Positions 9,295 to 19,234 of a DNA stretch of 50,517 nucleotides are shown here, piece after piece; positions within the stretch are counted from its first letter, which is position 1; each line of letters starts with the position of its first letter. A program made the position numbers and the translations under genes. Under the pieces are notes generated by a model. It made no database searches. It was not told where the DNA came from and was given only the letters and a program-made list of their open reading frames with translations. Location of the stretch: assembly GCA_040756235.1 (NCBI GenBank), contig JBFLZG010000133.1, forward strand, positions 1-50,517, written 5' to 3'. This stretch comes from a bacterium. Lineage in GTDB: Bacteria; Desulfobacterota; DSWW01.

Positions 9295-11097
9295 ATGATC
9301 CAGCCGCCGCCGTCTGGAAACAGCGAACACCCTGAAGCCGGTGCCAACCCGGCTTCGCGCGCAGCCAGGCATCCGGGTGTCTTCAACGAGCAGGTGCGGC
9401 TGCTCTACACGCACGCGCCGGCGAGCATGGTTGCCGCCGCAGCCAATTCCGCGATCCTCACGATCGTATTGTGGAACTGGTTTTCCCCGCGCAGTCTGCT
9501 TGCCTGGCTCGCGGCCAATCTGCTCCTGATCGGTCTCCGCAGCCTCCTGATCCGATGGTACAGGCGCCGATCCGCCCATTACGGTTCCCAGCGGTTCTGG
9601 GCCAACCTGTTCATCGGGGGGCTCGCGCTATCCGGAGCCGTGCTGGGCTCTGCCGCGATCTTCTTCTTCCCCACCGGGTCGCTCACCCTCCAGGTGTTCC
9701 TCGCCTTCGTGCTGGGCGGAATGGTCGCCGGAGCGGCCGGGGCCTATTCCGCCAGGCTGGAAGCTTTCCTGTCGTACAGCATCCCGACGGCAGCCCCGAT
9801 CATCGCCCGGCTGTTGGTCGAGGGAGGCAGGATGCAGGCGGCCATGGGCTGTCTGGCGATGCTGTTTTGCCTGATCATGTTGAACAACGCATTCTTGATT
9901 CACAGGACGATCCGGACCGCACTGGGGCTGCGCTTTGAAAACGAGGGCCTCATCGCCCGCCTGACGGCGACCCGGAAAGAGAACGAGAGCACCCTGGAAA
10001 AACTGAAGCAGGAGATCTTCAACCGCCTGAGGACCGAAGAGGCCCTGCGCCTGTCGGAGCAGAAATTCTCGAAGATCTTTCAGTTCAGCCCGATCTGGAT
10101 CGGCATCGCCAGTCTGGAACAGGGGCTCCTCATCGAGGTGAACGAGGCCTTCTCCAGGATCACCGGCTACGACCGTGAAGAGGCGCTCGGCCGCACCACC
10201 CTGGAGCTCGGAATGTGGCCCGACCCTCAGGAGCGGGAGAAGGCGATCAGCATCCTCAGACAGTCGCAGCCCTTGCGGAACCACGAGGTCGATCTCAGGA
10301 TGAAGTCCGGTGAGATCCGCACCTTTCTCTGGTCCGCGGAGATCATCCGTATTGCCGGCGAGCCGAGCCTGGTCAGCGCCTTTGTCGACATCACGGAGAG
10401 GAAGCGGATGGAGGAGGCCCTGCGCAAGTCGGAAGGCAAGCTCCGATTCCTGTCCTCCAAGCTGCTGAGCGCCCAGGAAGAGGAGCGGAAGCGGCTGGCG
10501 CTGGAGCTGCACGACACCATCGGGGCGGCTCTGACGTCGGTCAAGTACCAGGTGGAAAGCATCGTGGCCGGAACCGGCGCTCAGATTCCGGAGCGTGCGG
10601 TCAGGTCCCTGGAGGGGCTCATCCCGGTCGTTCAACACGCCATCGAGGACGCCCGGCGGATCTACATGGACCTGAGACCGTCCATCCTGGACGACCTGGG
10701 GATCGTGGCCACGATCCACTGGCACTGCAAGGAGTACGCGAGGCTCCATCCGGAGATTCGCGTTGACCAGCGCATCGCGATCCGGGAGAAGGACGTGCCC
10801 GGACCTCTGAAGATCGTGATCCTGCGGATCCTTCAGGAAGCCATGCACAACAGCGCGAAGCACAGCCGCGCCGATCGCATCTTCGTGGCCTTGACCGGAG
10901 AAGGCCCCCACATCCGTTTGTCGGTCGAGGACAACGGGCAGGGCTTCGACCCGATCGAAGCGGAGACCAGAAGAAGCCCCCAAAGCGGGCTGGGCCTGGT
11001 CAGCATGCGAGAGCGGGCTGAGCTTTCCGGAGGCTCCTTCTGCATCCAGTCCGGTCCGGGAAAAGGGACCCGGATAGTCGCTTCCTGGCCGGCGTGA
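9295..11097 (+). CDS. Membrane-bound PAS-domain sensor histidine kinase (HisKA_3/NarX-UhpB type)
   Basis: N-terminal multi-TM region, PAS (EVNEAFSRITGY), H-box ELHDTIG, EAMHNSAKHS, DNGQGF, GLGLVSM; start uncertain. Confidence 0.9.
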   Translation: MIQPPPSGNSEHPEAGANPASRAARHPGVFNEQVRLLYTHAPASMVAAAANSAILTIVLWNWFSPRSLLAWLAANLLLIGLRSLLIRWYRRRSAHYGSQRFWANLFIGGLALSGAVLGSAAIFFFPTGSLTLQVFLAFVLGGMVAGAAGAYSARLEAFLSYSIPTAAPIIARLLVEGGRMQAAMGCLAMLFCLIMLNNAFLIHRTIRTALGLRFENEGLIARLTATRKENESTLEKLKQEIFNRLRTEEALRLSEQKFSKIFQFSPIWIGIASLEQGLLIEVNEAFSRITGYDREEALGRTTLELGMWPDPQEREKAISILRQSQPLRNHEVDLRMKSGEIRTFLWSAEIIRIAGEPSLVSAFVDITERKRMEEALRKSEGKLRFLSSKLLSAQEEERKRLALELHDTIGAALTSVKYQVESIVAGTGAQIPERAVRSLEGLIPVVQHAIEDARRIYMDLRPSILDDLGIVATIHWHCKEYARLHPEIRVDQRIAIREKDVPGPLKIVILRILQEAMHNSAKHSRADRIFVALTGEGPHIRLSVEDNGQGFDPIEAETRRSPQSGLGLVSMRERAELSGGSFCIQSGPGKGTRIVASWPA

Positions 11098-11214
11098 CCG
11101 GGTGTTGCCGCAGGTCGACCGCGAACCGCAAAGCGAGCCCACAGAATGTGTCGCCATATTTGTGAAGAGCTGAAACGGACCCTCATGTGAGGATGGCCGC
11201 GTATAGCGGCCGAT

Positions 11215-12351
11215 CTAACTCGCGCGAACCGCAGCCTTGAGGAGGCTCACGACGCTCTCCAGTTCCTCGAGGGTGGTCGGGCGCCCGAGGCTGAATCGGA
11301 TGGCCCCCATCCCGACCTCCTCGGGAATTCCCATCGCCTTGAGCACCGGAGACAGCTCGACCGACCCGGAGTGGCAGGCGGCGCCGGTGGAGGCAGCCAC
11401 TCCCGCCAGTCCGGCCAGGATTTCTCCTCCCATCTTGCCGGCGAAGCTGACGTTGAGGGTATTCGGCAGGCGCTGGCTGGGATGACCATTGAGGGAGACC
11501 GCCTCGGCGAAATGCTCCTGCAGAAGCCTCCAGAAGTGGTCTCTCAGGTTCGCCATTCCACGATCGACCAGATACGGGCGGGCGATCTCGCAGGCTTTTC
11601 CCAGACCCACGCAGAGAAGCACGTTTTCCGTCCCGGCCCGGCGCCCCGATTCGTGCCCTGCTCCATGGATGAGGGGCTCGATGAGCGTGCCTCTGCGGAC
11701 GTACAGGGCACCGATGCCTTTGGGCGCATAGAGCTTGTGGCCTGCTACGGTGAGCAGGTCGACCCCAAGCTCGTCGACACTTGTGGGTATCTTGCCCACG
11801 GACTGGGCTGCGTCCGTGTGGAGCAGGATCCCGTGGTCCCGGGCGATCCGGCTGATCTCCTCCACGGGCTGCACGGTTCCCACCTCATTGTTGGCATGCA
11901 TGACCGAGATGAGAGAAGTCCGAGCCGTGACGGCTCTGGCAATGTCCTCGGGATTCACCCTGCCGTATCGATCCACGCCCACGTAGGTCACCTCTGCGCC
12001 GATCCGCTCCAGAAACCGGCAGGGCTGGGCGACAGAGGGATGCTCGATCCGAGTGGTGATGATGTGATTTCCCCTTCTCGCCGGAGAAAAGAAGGCACCC
12101 TTGAGGGCAAAGTTGTTGGATTCACTGCCCCCACTGGTGAAGACAATCTCGTCCGGCTGGGACCCGAGGAGCTCGGCGACCTGCCCGCGGGCGAGCTCGA
12201 CGGCTTCCCGGGCAGGCTGTCCGGCCCAGTGGGCGCTCGACGGATTCCCGAAGTGTCGGGTGAGATAGACCCGCATCGCTCGGGACACTTCGGGCGCGAT
12301 CGGTGTGCTGGCATTGTAATCCAGGTAGATGCGCCGTGGGCTCATGGGCAT
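11215..12351 (-). CDS. Cysteine desulfurase family (NifS/IscS-like) PLP enzyme
   Basis: IYLDYNAST, HTDAAQSVGK, AGHKLYAPKG, STGAACHS; start 12351 or 12345. Confidence 0.92.
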   Translation of the reverse strand: MPMSPRRIYLDYNASTPIAPEVSRAMRVYLTRHFGNPSSAHWAGQPAREAVELARGQVAELLGSQPDEIVFTSGGSESNNFALKGAFFSPARRGNHIITTRIEHPSVAQPCRFLERIGAEVTYVGVDRYGRVNPEDIARAVTARTSLISVMHANNEVGTVQPVEEISRIARDHGILLHTDAAQSVGKIPTSVDELGVDLLTVAGHKLYAPKGIGALYVRRGTLIEPLIHGAGHESGRRAGTENVLLCVGLGKACEIARPYLVDRGMANLRDHFWRLLQEHFAEAVSLNGHPSQRLPNTLNVSFAGKMGGEILAGLAGVAASTGAACHSGSVELSPVLKAMGIPEEVGMGAIRFSLGRPTTLEELESVVSLLKAAVRAS

Positions 12352-12376
12352 GTCATGGCGAGTCATTCCCGCGCAA

Positions 12377-12585
12377 GCGGCTGTGTCACAATTCGTCATC
12401 CCGGCCCATGTGCGGAGCGCGTGCGAGCCGGGATCCAGAAGGATGCACCAGGCCCAGCTGTGGTAACTGGGCGCAGGGACTGGATTCCGGCCTTCGCCGG
12501 AATGACGGAAATCGTGCGGCCGCTCCTCCGAGTCCTCCGGAATGAGTGGCGCACGAGGGTCTGACCGGATCTATGACACAGCCGC
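12377..12585. mobile_element. MITE family A, copy 1, inserted in a REP hairpin loop
   Basis: TIRs GCGGCTGTGTCA/TGACACAGCCGC; GCAA duplicated at 12373-12376 and 12586-12589; removing it restores GTCATTCCCGC-GCAA-GCGGGAATCC. Confidence 0.85.
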
Positions 12586-12622
12586 GCAAGCGGGAATCCC
12601 CCTGTTTCGGGGCTCCCGGGAC

Positions 12623-12648
12623 GGGCGCTAGCCAAGCAGCGCCCCTAC
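12623..12648 (-). repeat. GTAG-type REP hairpin
   Basis: Minus strand GTAGGGGCGCTGCTTGGCTAGCGCCC; related copy at 25979-26002. Confidence 0.65.
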
Positions 12649-12687
12649 AACCCCGGCTCGAACCGCTGGCCGGGCTACTCAAGTCTC

Positions 12688-13047
12688 TCACAGGTCCACC
12701 ATCACCGCAAAGCCGCCCCAGAACATGCGCTTGGCGTCGAAAGGCATGGCCTTGGGATCCATCATCTTCTGCAGGCGGGGGTCGCTCATCACCTTGGCGT
12801 TGATCTGATCGCGCTGCGCGCGGGACTTGTATACGATCCACGAGAACACCACGGTTTCGTCCGGTTTCAGCTTCACGCTCTGCGGAAAGGATGTCAGCTT
12901 GCCCGGCTTCACGTCCTCGCCGACGCACTCGACGTACTCGAGCGCGCCGTGCTCGCGCCAGATCTTGCCCGCCTTCTGCGCGAGGCGGCGGTAGGCCTGC
13001 AGCCGGTCTTTGGGAACCGGTACGACAAAGCCGTCGACGTACTTCAT
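12688..13047 (-). CDS. DUF1428 family (YbaA-like) protein
   Basis: YVDGFVVPVP..EHGALEYVECV..VVFSWI..MPFDAKRMFWGGF. Confidence 0.88.
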   Translation of the reverse strand: MKYVDGFVVPVPKDRLQAYRRLAQKAGKIWREHGALEYVECVGEDVKPGKLTSFPQSVKLKPDETVVFSWIVYKSRAQRDQINAKVMSDPRLQKMMDPKAMPFDAKRMFWGGFAVMVDL

Positions 13048-13439
13048 CGGAAATCTCCTTGATCGTTTGGCAAAGGGGTCGATTGCGGCGTCCCGGCCCG
13101 GGCGGCCGTCTCCCGGATGGGCCGGATCGGGCGTACCTCGATGCTGCCTACGCGCGCCGGCGGGATCTTCGCGGCGATCCGAATGGCTGCGTCCAGGTCC
13201 TCAGCCTCGATCAGATAGAACCCGGTAAGCTGCTCCTTGGTCTCGGCGAAGGGGCCGTCGGTGATCGTCACCTTGCCGTTGCGGACGCGCACGGTGGTGG
13301 CGGTCTCAACCGGTTCGAGAGCTTCGGAGGCAAGACATTGACCTCTCTCCCGCAGCGCCGCATCGTAGGCCAGGCAATCCCGGTCCGGCACGGCGTGGAC
13401 CTTGTCCTCTTGCGCGTATACGAGACACAGGTATTTCAT
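13044..13439 (-). CDS. YciI/DGPF-family protein
   Basis: MKYLCLVY..TDGPFAETKEQLTGFYLI..IEVRP; start ATG 13439. Confidence 0.92.
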   Translation of the reverse strand: MKYLCLVYAQEDKVHAVPDRDCLAYDAALRERGQCLASEALEPVETATTVRVRNGKVTITDGPFAETKEQLTGFYLIEAEDLDAAIRIAAKIPPARVGSIEVRPIRPIRETAARAGTPQSTPLPNDQGDFR

Positions 13440-13852
13440 GACGCCCTCCCGACCCCCATCTCGCGAAACCGTTCCAGCGCTTCGCCGGGGGCGAAATCCT
13501 CCAGCTCGAACAGCTGGCGCACCTCGATCTCGCCTTCCTTCCCGTCGGCCGCGGGATGGGGAAAGCGCTTCGTCCATTCGACCGCATCTTCCCTCGAGCT
13601 CACCTGGATGATCGTGTATCCCGCGATCAGCTCCTTGGTTTCGGCAAAGGGGCCGTCGATGAAGGTGCGCTTGCTTCCCGAGTAGCGGATACGCCAGCCC
13701 TTGGAGGTCGGCTGCAGGCCGGAGGCGTCGAGCAGCGCGCCGGCGTTCGCCAACTCCTGGTGGTAATCCGCCATCTCGGCCATGAGCCGCTCCTCCGGCA
13801 TGACCCCGGCTTCCGAGTGCCTGGTGGCCTTGACGATGATCATGAATCGCAT
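13436..13852 (-). CDS. YciI/DGPF-family protein
   Basis: MRFMIIVKA..DGPFAETKELIAGY..EIEVRQL; start ATG 13852. Confidence 0.92.
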   Translation of the reverse strand: MRFMIIVKATRHSEAGVMPEERLMAEMADYHQELANAGALLDASGLQPTSKGWRIRYSGSKRTFIDGPFAETKELIAGYTIIQVSSREDAVEWTKRFPHPAADGKEGEIEVRQLFELEDFAPGEALERFREMGVGRAS

Positions 13853-13980
13853 GGTCGTACCTCTTTCTTTGACGGGTCTCACTTCTTTCGATGGTGTTTC
13901 TCCATGACCGAGATTCCCGACTGTTGCGACCGCGAGAAATCCCGGGTGTGCCGCATGGAGGCGACTGCCTTCACCTGATC

Positions 13981-14007
13981 GTCGTCCGGCCCGGGGCCGG
14001 ATCGACA
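13981..14007 (-). promoter_or_regulatory. Putative ECF42-type promoter driving the DGPF genes
   Basis: TGTCGA-17-CGAC between the sigma-factor stop and the first DGPF gene; matches the motif I recall for ECF42. Confidence 0.6.
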
Positions 14008-14016
14008 TTCGGTCGA

Positions 14017-15273
14017 TCATTTTTCCAGCTCGGCCAGCCGCCGCTGGAGAAACCGCCGCTCCGGCTCCTGGCGCGTGAGGGCGAGCGCCCGCGCGAACGA
14101 GGCCCGCGCCTCCGCCGTTCGGCCGAGGCGCCGGCACAGGTCCGCCCGCGCCGCGTGCGCCAGATGGTAGTCCGCCAGATCGCCGCGCGCCAGGATGGCA
14201 TCGATCAGCGTCAAGCCTGCCTCCGGCCCGTCCCGCATGGCCAGCGCCACGGCGCGGTTCAGCTCGACCACGGGCGATGGCTCGACGCGCATCAGCACGT
14301 CATACAGTCCGGCGATCTCGGCCCAGTCCGTTGCGGCCGCTCCGGGCGCCTCGGCGTGCAGCGCCGCGATGGCGGCTTGCAGCGTGTAGGGACCGAACCT
14401 GCGCGACAGCAGGGCACGCTCCACGAGCGTGATGCCCTCACCGATCTGCTCCCGGTCCCAAAGGGAGCGGTCCTGATCCTCGAGCAGGACCAGCTCCCCC
14501 GAGGGCGAGGTGCGCGCCGTACGGCGCGCGTCGTGCAGGAGCATGAGGGCAAGGAGCCCGATCGCCTCGGGCTCCGGGAGCAGCTCGACCAGCAGGCGCC
14601 CCAGACGGATCGCCTCGTCCGACAAGTCGAGCCGGGCCAGCGCTGCCCCCGAGCTTGCGGCATAGCCCTCGTTGAACACGAGATAGATGACCCGCAGCAC
14701 CGCGTCGAGCCGGTCCGGCAGCTCGGCCTGCGCAGGCACCTGGTAAGGAATGCGGGCGTCGCGGATCTTTCCCTTGGCGCGCACGATGCGCTGGGCCACC
14801 GTGGGCACCCGCGTGAGGAAGGCGTGGGCGATCTCCTCGGTGGTGAGACCGCACACTTCGCGCAGCGTGAGGGCAACCTGCGCGTCCGGCGGCAGGGCCG
14901 GGTGGCAGCAGGTGAAGATCAACCGAAGCGGGTCATCCGGGACGCTCTCTTCCTCCTCCGCCGCGGCGTCATCGACGGCGGCGGCGGCAGCGAGCTTCTC
15001 CACGATGCCGGCGGGCGCCTCGAAGCGGGCACGGCGGCGCAGGCGATCCACGCCCTTGAATCGTCCGACCGACACCAGCCATGCCCGGGGATTCGCCGGC
15101 ACGCCGTCGCGCGGCCACTGCTCCAGCGCAGCTTTGAACGCGTCGTGCAAAGCCTCTTCGGCGCGGTCGAAGTCGCCGAGAAGACGGACCAAGGTGGCGA
15201 AGATACGGCGCGACTGGGCGCGGTAGACGGCTTCCACGCTCTCGCGCACGTCTTCCCCGGCATGGGTGCTCAC
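14017..15273 (-). CDS. ECF sigma factor with long C-terminal TPR-like extension (ECF42-type)
   Basis: [55 protein letters not shown]; adjacent DGPF genes; GTG start 15273. Confidence 0.9.
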   Translation of the reverse strand: MSTHAGEDVRESVEAVYRAQSRRIFATLVRLLGDFDRAEEALHDAFKAALEQWPRDGVPANPRAWLVSVGRFKGVDRLRRRARFEAPAGIVEKLAAAAAVDDAAAEEEESVPDDPLRLIFTCCHPALPPDAQVALTLREVCGLTTEEIAHAFLTRVPTVAQRIVRAKGKIRDARIPYQVPAQAELPDRLDAVLRVIYLVFNEGYAASSGAALARLDLSDEAIRLGRLLVELLPEPEAIGLLALMLLHDARRTARTSPSGELVLLEDQDRSLWDREQIGEGITLVERALLSRRFGPYTLQAAIAALHAEAPGAAATDWAEIAGLYDVLMRVEPSPVVELNRAVALAMRDGPEAGLTLIDAILARGDLADYHLAHAARADLCRRLGRTAEARASFARALALTRQEPERRFLQRRLAELEK

Positions 15274-15462
15274 CAGCAGGGTACCTCGGACATTGCGGCT
15301 CCCTCGAAACATCTCGAACGGCCGCACCTCCCTGCCCTCCTCCCGTCCTTCCCCGGTGCGCCGCCCGATGGTTCGAGGCCATCCGGATGGCTCTTTCTGA
15401 TGAAGATGCCCCCGACTTGTCCTTTGGTTCGGCGCGAGAGCCGCCGGTCCCCGAAGGCTTAG

Positions 15463-15735
15463 TACATCTCTGCGTAAATACGCTAACGTATTTGTGTGCG
15501 GGAGCGAGCTGGCGATGATGCTGCCAATGCCCGATTTTGCGAGGAGGCTTTGCGACGTGGCAACCCCCCTGTTTCGGGGGATCGCCACGCTCGCGACTCT
15601 GAATCCGCGGTAATCCCGAGGCGCCGGGCTCGCTCGCGACATCTGGCTCTTGCAGGCCGTCCGTTGCCACGTCTCCTCTCGCAGACCGGCCGCGCCGGTC
15701 GGCGGAGTATGTTACTGAACTTATGAACCAGTGTA
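15463..15735. mobile_element. MITE family T, copy 1, with 5-bp direct repeat CTTAG
   Basis: CTTAG at 15458-15462 and 15736-15740; imperfect TIRs TACATC../..GTGTA; internal family-D hairpin; no coding capacity. Confidence 0.7.
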
Positions 15736-15736
15736 C

Positions 15737-16180
15737 TTAGGTTCTCTTCCCTCCCGGCTCGCGGTCCTCCATCCTGAGCTCCAGCACGATGCGTCCCCAA
15801 CCCCCGCAGCGAACCCCGACGTCGAAGCATCCGACGCGCTTGAAGCGCATCTCGTTGGGGTCCACGCCCGCGTAGAAGAGCTCGCTGGCAGTATAGACGG
15901 CCGGCGCAAAGGCACTCAGGGCGTAAACGCAGATTCTTTTCGGATGGAGCTTGGTGAGCAGGTTGCCGGAGCCATCGAAGTAGAACTTGTCGCCCACCTT
16001 GTGCTGGCTGTTGCAGCCTTTGGATTCGACCACCTCGGCGACGATGGTCTTGTTCGTCAGAGCAGGGGCCTTGGCAAGGACCTCTTGGTTCTTCCGGTCT
16101 TCCCGGAACATCCTCATCTCTTCGTCGGTGTAGCCCAGGTGCTTCTGGTAGAAACTCCACACTTGTTCGTCGATCTTCAT
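15737..16180 (-). CDS. Conserved Cys-containing hypothetical protein (TIGR04076-like)
   Basis: VVESKGCNSQHKVGDKF, RICVYAL, GCFDVGVRCGGWG; GGAGGG RBS. Confidence 0.7.
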   Translation of the reverse strand: MKIDEQVWSFYQKHLGYTDEEMRMFREDRKNQEVLAKAPALTNKTIVAEVVESKGCNSQHKVGDKFYFDGSGNLLTKLHPKRICVYALSAFAPAVYTASELFYAGVDPNEMRFKRVGCFDVGVRCGGWGRIVLELRMEDREPGGKRT

Positions 16181-16260
16181 GGCGTTCCCCTCCCTGAAGG
16201 TTCTGTTCTCGAGACCGCTGCCGGCAACGAGTGTGACACAAAAGAGAGGGTGCTGAAACG

Positions 16261-16297
16261 AAAAAAAGGCGAATCCCCGAGCCCCGGGGAAAGGGCC
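16261..16297 (-). terminator. Putative intrinsic terminator after maeB
   Basis: Minus strand TCCCCG-GGGCT-CGGGGA stem-loop followed closely by T7. Confidence 0.5.
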
Positions 16298-16359
16298 AGG
16301 CAGGGTTGGACGGGAAGCGCCACGAGCCTGCGGAGCTCCGTGGGAGCGGACGGCCAAGC

Positions 16360-18621
16360 CTACACCGGGCCGTAGTCGATCTCCAGGGCCGTGATGGCCG
16401 CCATGTTCACGATGTCCTCCACCGTGCTCACGCGGGGCATGACGTTCACGGGCCGTTCCATGCCCATGAGGACCGGCCCCAGGAGCTCTGCGTTCCCGAG
16501 CTCCTTCAAGAGCCGGAAGCAGATGTTCGCGCTGTTCAGCTCCGGGAAGATCAGCACGTTCGCCCTCCCCTTCAGCTCGCAGAAGGGAAAGGCGGCTTCC
16601 ATGAGCTCGGGCACCACGGCGACGTCGGCCTGCATCTCGCCGTCGATCAGGAGCTCCGGCCTCATCTGCTTGGCCATGCGGACGGCTTGGCGGATCTTTT
16701 CCGCAGCCGGGTGCTTGTTGCGCCCGAAGTTCGAGAAGGAAAGCATGGCCACCCTCGGCTCGATATTGAAGAACTCGGCGGCGTGAGCGGCGCTCAGGGC
16801 GATCTCGGCAAGCTGGGCCGCTGTGGGGTCGATGTTGATCGTGCAGTCGGCGAGAAAATAGGTCCTCTCCCCGAAGAACGCCATGTATACGCTCGCCAGA
16901 GTGCTCCGGCCTTGGCGCAGCTTGACGATCTGCAGGGCGGGCCGGATGCTGTCCGTGTAGTTGTATCCCAGCCCCGAGACGTATCCGTCGGCATCGCCCA
17001 TGTGGACCATCATGGCGCCGAAGTAGTTGCGCAACTGGATGTAGTGGAACGCGTAATCCATGTCGACCCCCTTGCGCTGCCTGAGCTTGTAAAACTCCCT
17101 GGCATACTTCTCCACGCGCTCCGGCGAGTGCAGGGGGTTGATGACGGTAAAATCGCCTTCGTTGAAGTTGAAGGCCCGGATGGTCCTGCGGATGTCTTCC
17201 TCGTTCCCGATCAGGATCGGCCGTGCGATGTGCTCCTCGACGATGATCTGGGACGCCCGGATGACCTTCTCCTCGTGTCCGTCCGGGAAGACGATGCTCT
17301 TCAGGGGAGGCCGGATCTTGTGGATGACCTTGCGGATCATGACGCGCGAGGATCCGTGGATCCTGGCCAGGCGGTCCTGGTACTCGCCGAAGTCCTCGAT
17401 CGGCGCCCGCGCGACGCCGCTCGCCGCCGCCGCCTTCACCACCGCTGCGGACACGTACGCAAGCACCCGCGGGTCGAAAGGCTTGGGCAGGATGTACTCG
17501 CGCCCGAACTGGAGCCGCTTCAGCCGATAGGCCTGCAGGACCGAGTCCGGCACGTCCTCGCGAGCGAGGCCGGCCAGCGCGTGGACCGCCGCGATCTTCA
17601 TCTCTTCATTGATCTTGGTAGCTCCGACGTCGAGAGCGCCGCGGAAGAGGTAGGGGAAGCACAGCACGTTGTTGACCTGGTTGGGATAGTCCGAGCGCCC
17701 CGTGGCCATGATGACGTCCGGGCGCGCGCTCATGGCCTCTTCGTACCCGATCTCCGCGTCGGGGTTCGCAAGGGCGAAGACGATCGGGTCCTTCGCCATG
17801 GACCGGACCATCTCCTGGCTGACGAGCCCGGGCCCGGAAACGCCCACGAAGACGTCGGCCTCCTTCATCGCGTCCGCCAGGGTGCGGCAGGAGGTGTCGC
17901 CGGCGAATTCCTGCTTGTACGGGTTCATCCCCTCCGCGCGCCCGGAGAAGATCACGCCGAAGCGGTCGACCACCAGGATGTTCTCGGGGCGCACGCCCAG
18001 GGTTCGGTACAGGCGCGCGCAGGAGATCCCGGCTGCGCCCGCTCCGCAGAAGACGACCCGGACCTCGCCGATGCGCTTGCCCGCGATCTCCAGGGCGTTG
18101 AGCAGGGCGGCAGCCGAGACGATCGCGGTGCCGTGCTGGTCATCATGGAGCACCGGTATGTGCATCTCCTCCCGCAGCCTTCCCTCGATGTAGAAGCATT
18201 CGGGGGCCTTGATGTCCTCGAGATTGATGCCGCCGAAGGTGGGCTCGAGGCCCTTCACCATCTCGCAGAGCCGGTCCGCATCGGAACAGTCCAGCTCGAT
18301 GTCGATCGCGTCGATATCGGCGAACCTCTTGAACAGCACCGCCTTGCCTTCCATGACCGGCTTGGCCGCCAGGGCGCCGATGTTCCCCAGGCCGAGGACC
18401 GCCGTACCGTTCGTCACGACGGCAACCAGGTTCCCCTTGAGCGTATATCGGTAGGCAAGCTCGGGCCTCTCGCGGATCCGGCTGCAGACCTCGGCCACGC
18501 CCGGCGTGTAGGCGAGGCTGATGTCTCGCTGGGTCCGGCAAGGCTTGGACGGAATGATTTCGATCTTTCCGGGCCGCCGTCCCGCGTGGTAGTCGAGCAC
18601 TTCCTGGGGCTCCAGACGCAT
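16360..18621 (-). CDS. maeB: NADP-dependent malic enzyme with C-terminal phosphotransacetylase-like domain
   Basis: [59 protein letters not shown]; start ATG 18621. Confidence 0.95.
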   Translation of the reverse strand: MRLEPQEVLDYHAGRRPGKIEIIPSKPCRTQRDISLAYTPGVAEVCSRIRERPELAYRYTLKGNLVAVVTNGTAVLGLGNIGALAAKPVMEGKAVLFKRFADIDAIDIELDCSDADRLCEMVKGLEPTFGGINLEDIKAPECFYIEGRLREEMHIPVLHDDQHGTAIVSAAALLNALEIAGKRIGEVRVVFCGAGAAGISCARLYRTLGVRPENILVVDRFGVIFSGRAEGMNPYKQEFAGDTSCRTLADAMKEADVFVGVSGPGLVSQEMVRSMAKDPIVFALANPDAEIGYEEAMSARPDVIMATGRSDYPNQVNNVLCFPYLFRGALDVGATKINEEMKIAAVHALAGLAREDVPDSVLQAYRLKRLQFGREYILPKPFDPRVLAYVSAAVVKAAAASGVARAPIEDFGEYQDRLARIHGSSRVMIRKVIHKIRPPLKSIVFPDGHEEKVIRASQIIVEEHIARPILIGNEEDIRRTIRAFNFNEGDFTVINPLHSPERVEKYAREFYKLRQRKGVDMDYAFHYIQLRNYFGAMMVHMGDADGYVSGLGYNYTDSIRPALQIVKLRQGRSTLASVYMAFFGERTYFLADCTINIDPTAAQLAEIALSAAHAAEFFNIEPRVAMLSFSNFGRNKHPAAEKIRQAVRMAKQMRPELLIDGEMQADVAVVPELMEAAFPFCELKGRANVLIFPELNSANICFRLLKELGNAELLGPVLMGMERPVNVMPRVSTVEDIVNMAAITALEIDYGPV

Positions 18622-18850
18622 GGCAGGTCTCCTCCGGCTGGAAGTCGTCATCGCATCCCGGCGACCGCGCACCGGCATGTCAGGCAGGCAGGAGATCGAA
18701 AGGAGAGCACGCGCCGGACGGCGTGTCAAGCTCGCTCCACCGCCCGCCCCGCCTCGTGCGCCGTCCGATCTCGCGAGCGCGCGCTGCGAGCGCTCGGCAG
18801 GAGGGACAACCCGGCCTGCAGGTTGCAGATAGCGGCGTAACGACTCTTCC

Positions 18851-18951
18851 CCCCTTCTCCCCTCGCCGAGGGGAGAAGGTCGGGATGAGGGGTGCTCCTG
18901 CCGCGCTCACCCCCTCACCCTGCCCCCTCCCCCGTGCCCGGGGGAGAGGGG
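18851..18951. repeat. Family-C double-hairpin repeat (CCCCTCACCC..CTCCCC..GGGGAGAGG)
   Basis: Near reverse-complement copy at 23592-23692; related copies at 28094-28190 and 50283-50332. Confidence 0.8.
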
Positions 18952-19125
18952 ATTCATTCTTCGGCAGCCGTGAACCGATGCGGATCCGTGCACGCGCAGC
19001 CGATCCGAGCGTGACCATCCTCTTCGCCGCTGCGAGGGGTTCCTCGGGCTCGAGCGGCGGCGGGATGCGGAAGCCGCGCCGGCACGCGGGCCTCGCTCCC
19101 AGCGTCTCCACCCGGCGCCTGAGGC

Positions 19126-19230
19126 TTAGATGCGCGGCAAGGCAGGCAAAGTCCTGAGAAACGAGGCGTACTTGACGGTACGCCGCAGTGACCCCGGGCT
19201 TGCGCCGGGGCAGGCTCGCCCATCTTCGGC
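19126..19230. mobile_element. Partial MITE family B next to the nth stop
   Basis: GCAAGGCAGGC..GAGGCGTAC..ACCCCGG..GCCGGGGCAGGCTC core shared with 40242-40400 and 44990-45150; TIRs absent. Confidence 0.55.
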
Positions 19231-19234
19231 ATGC

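Noticed and set aside
18701..18729. maeB promoter TTGACA-17-TCTCCT
   Set aside because: Perfect -35 but poor -10; too weak to list as a feature.
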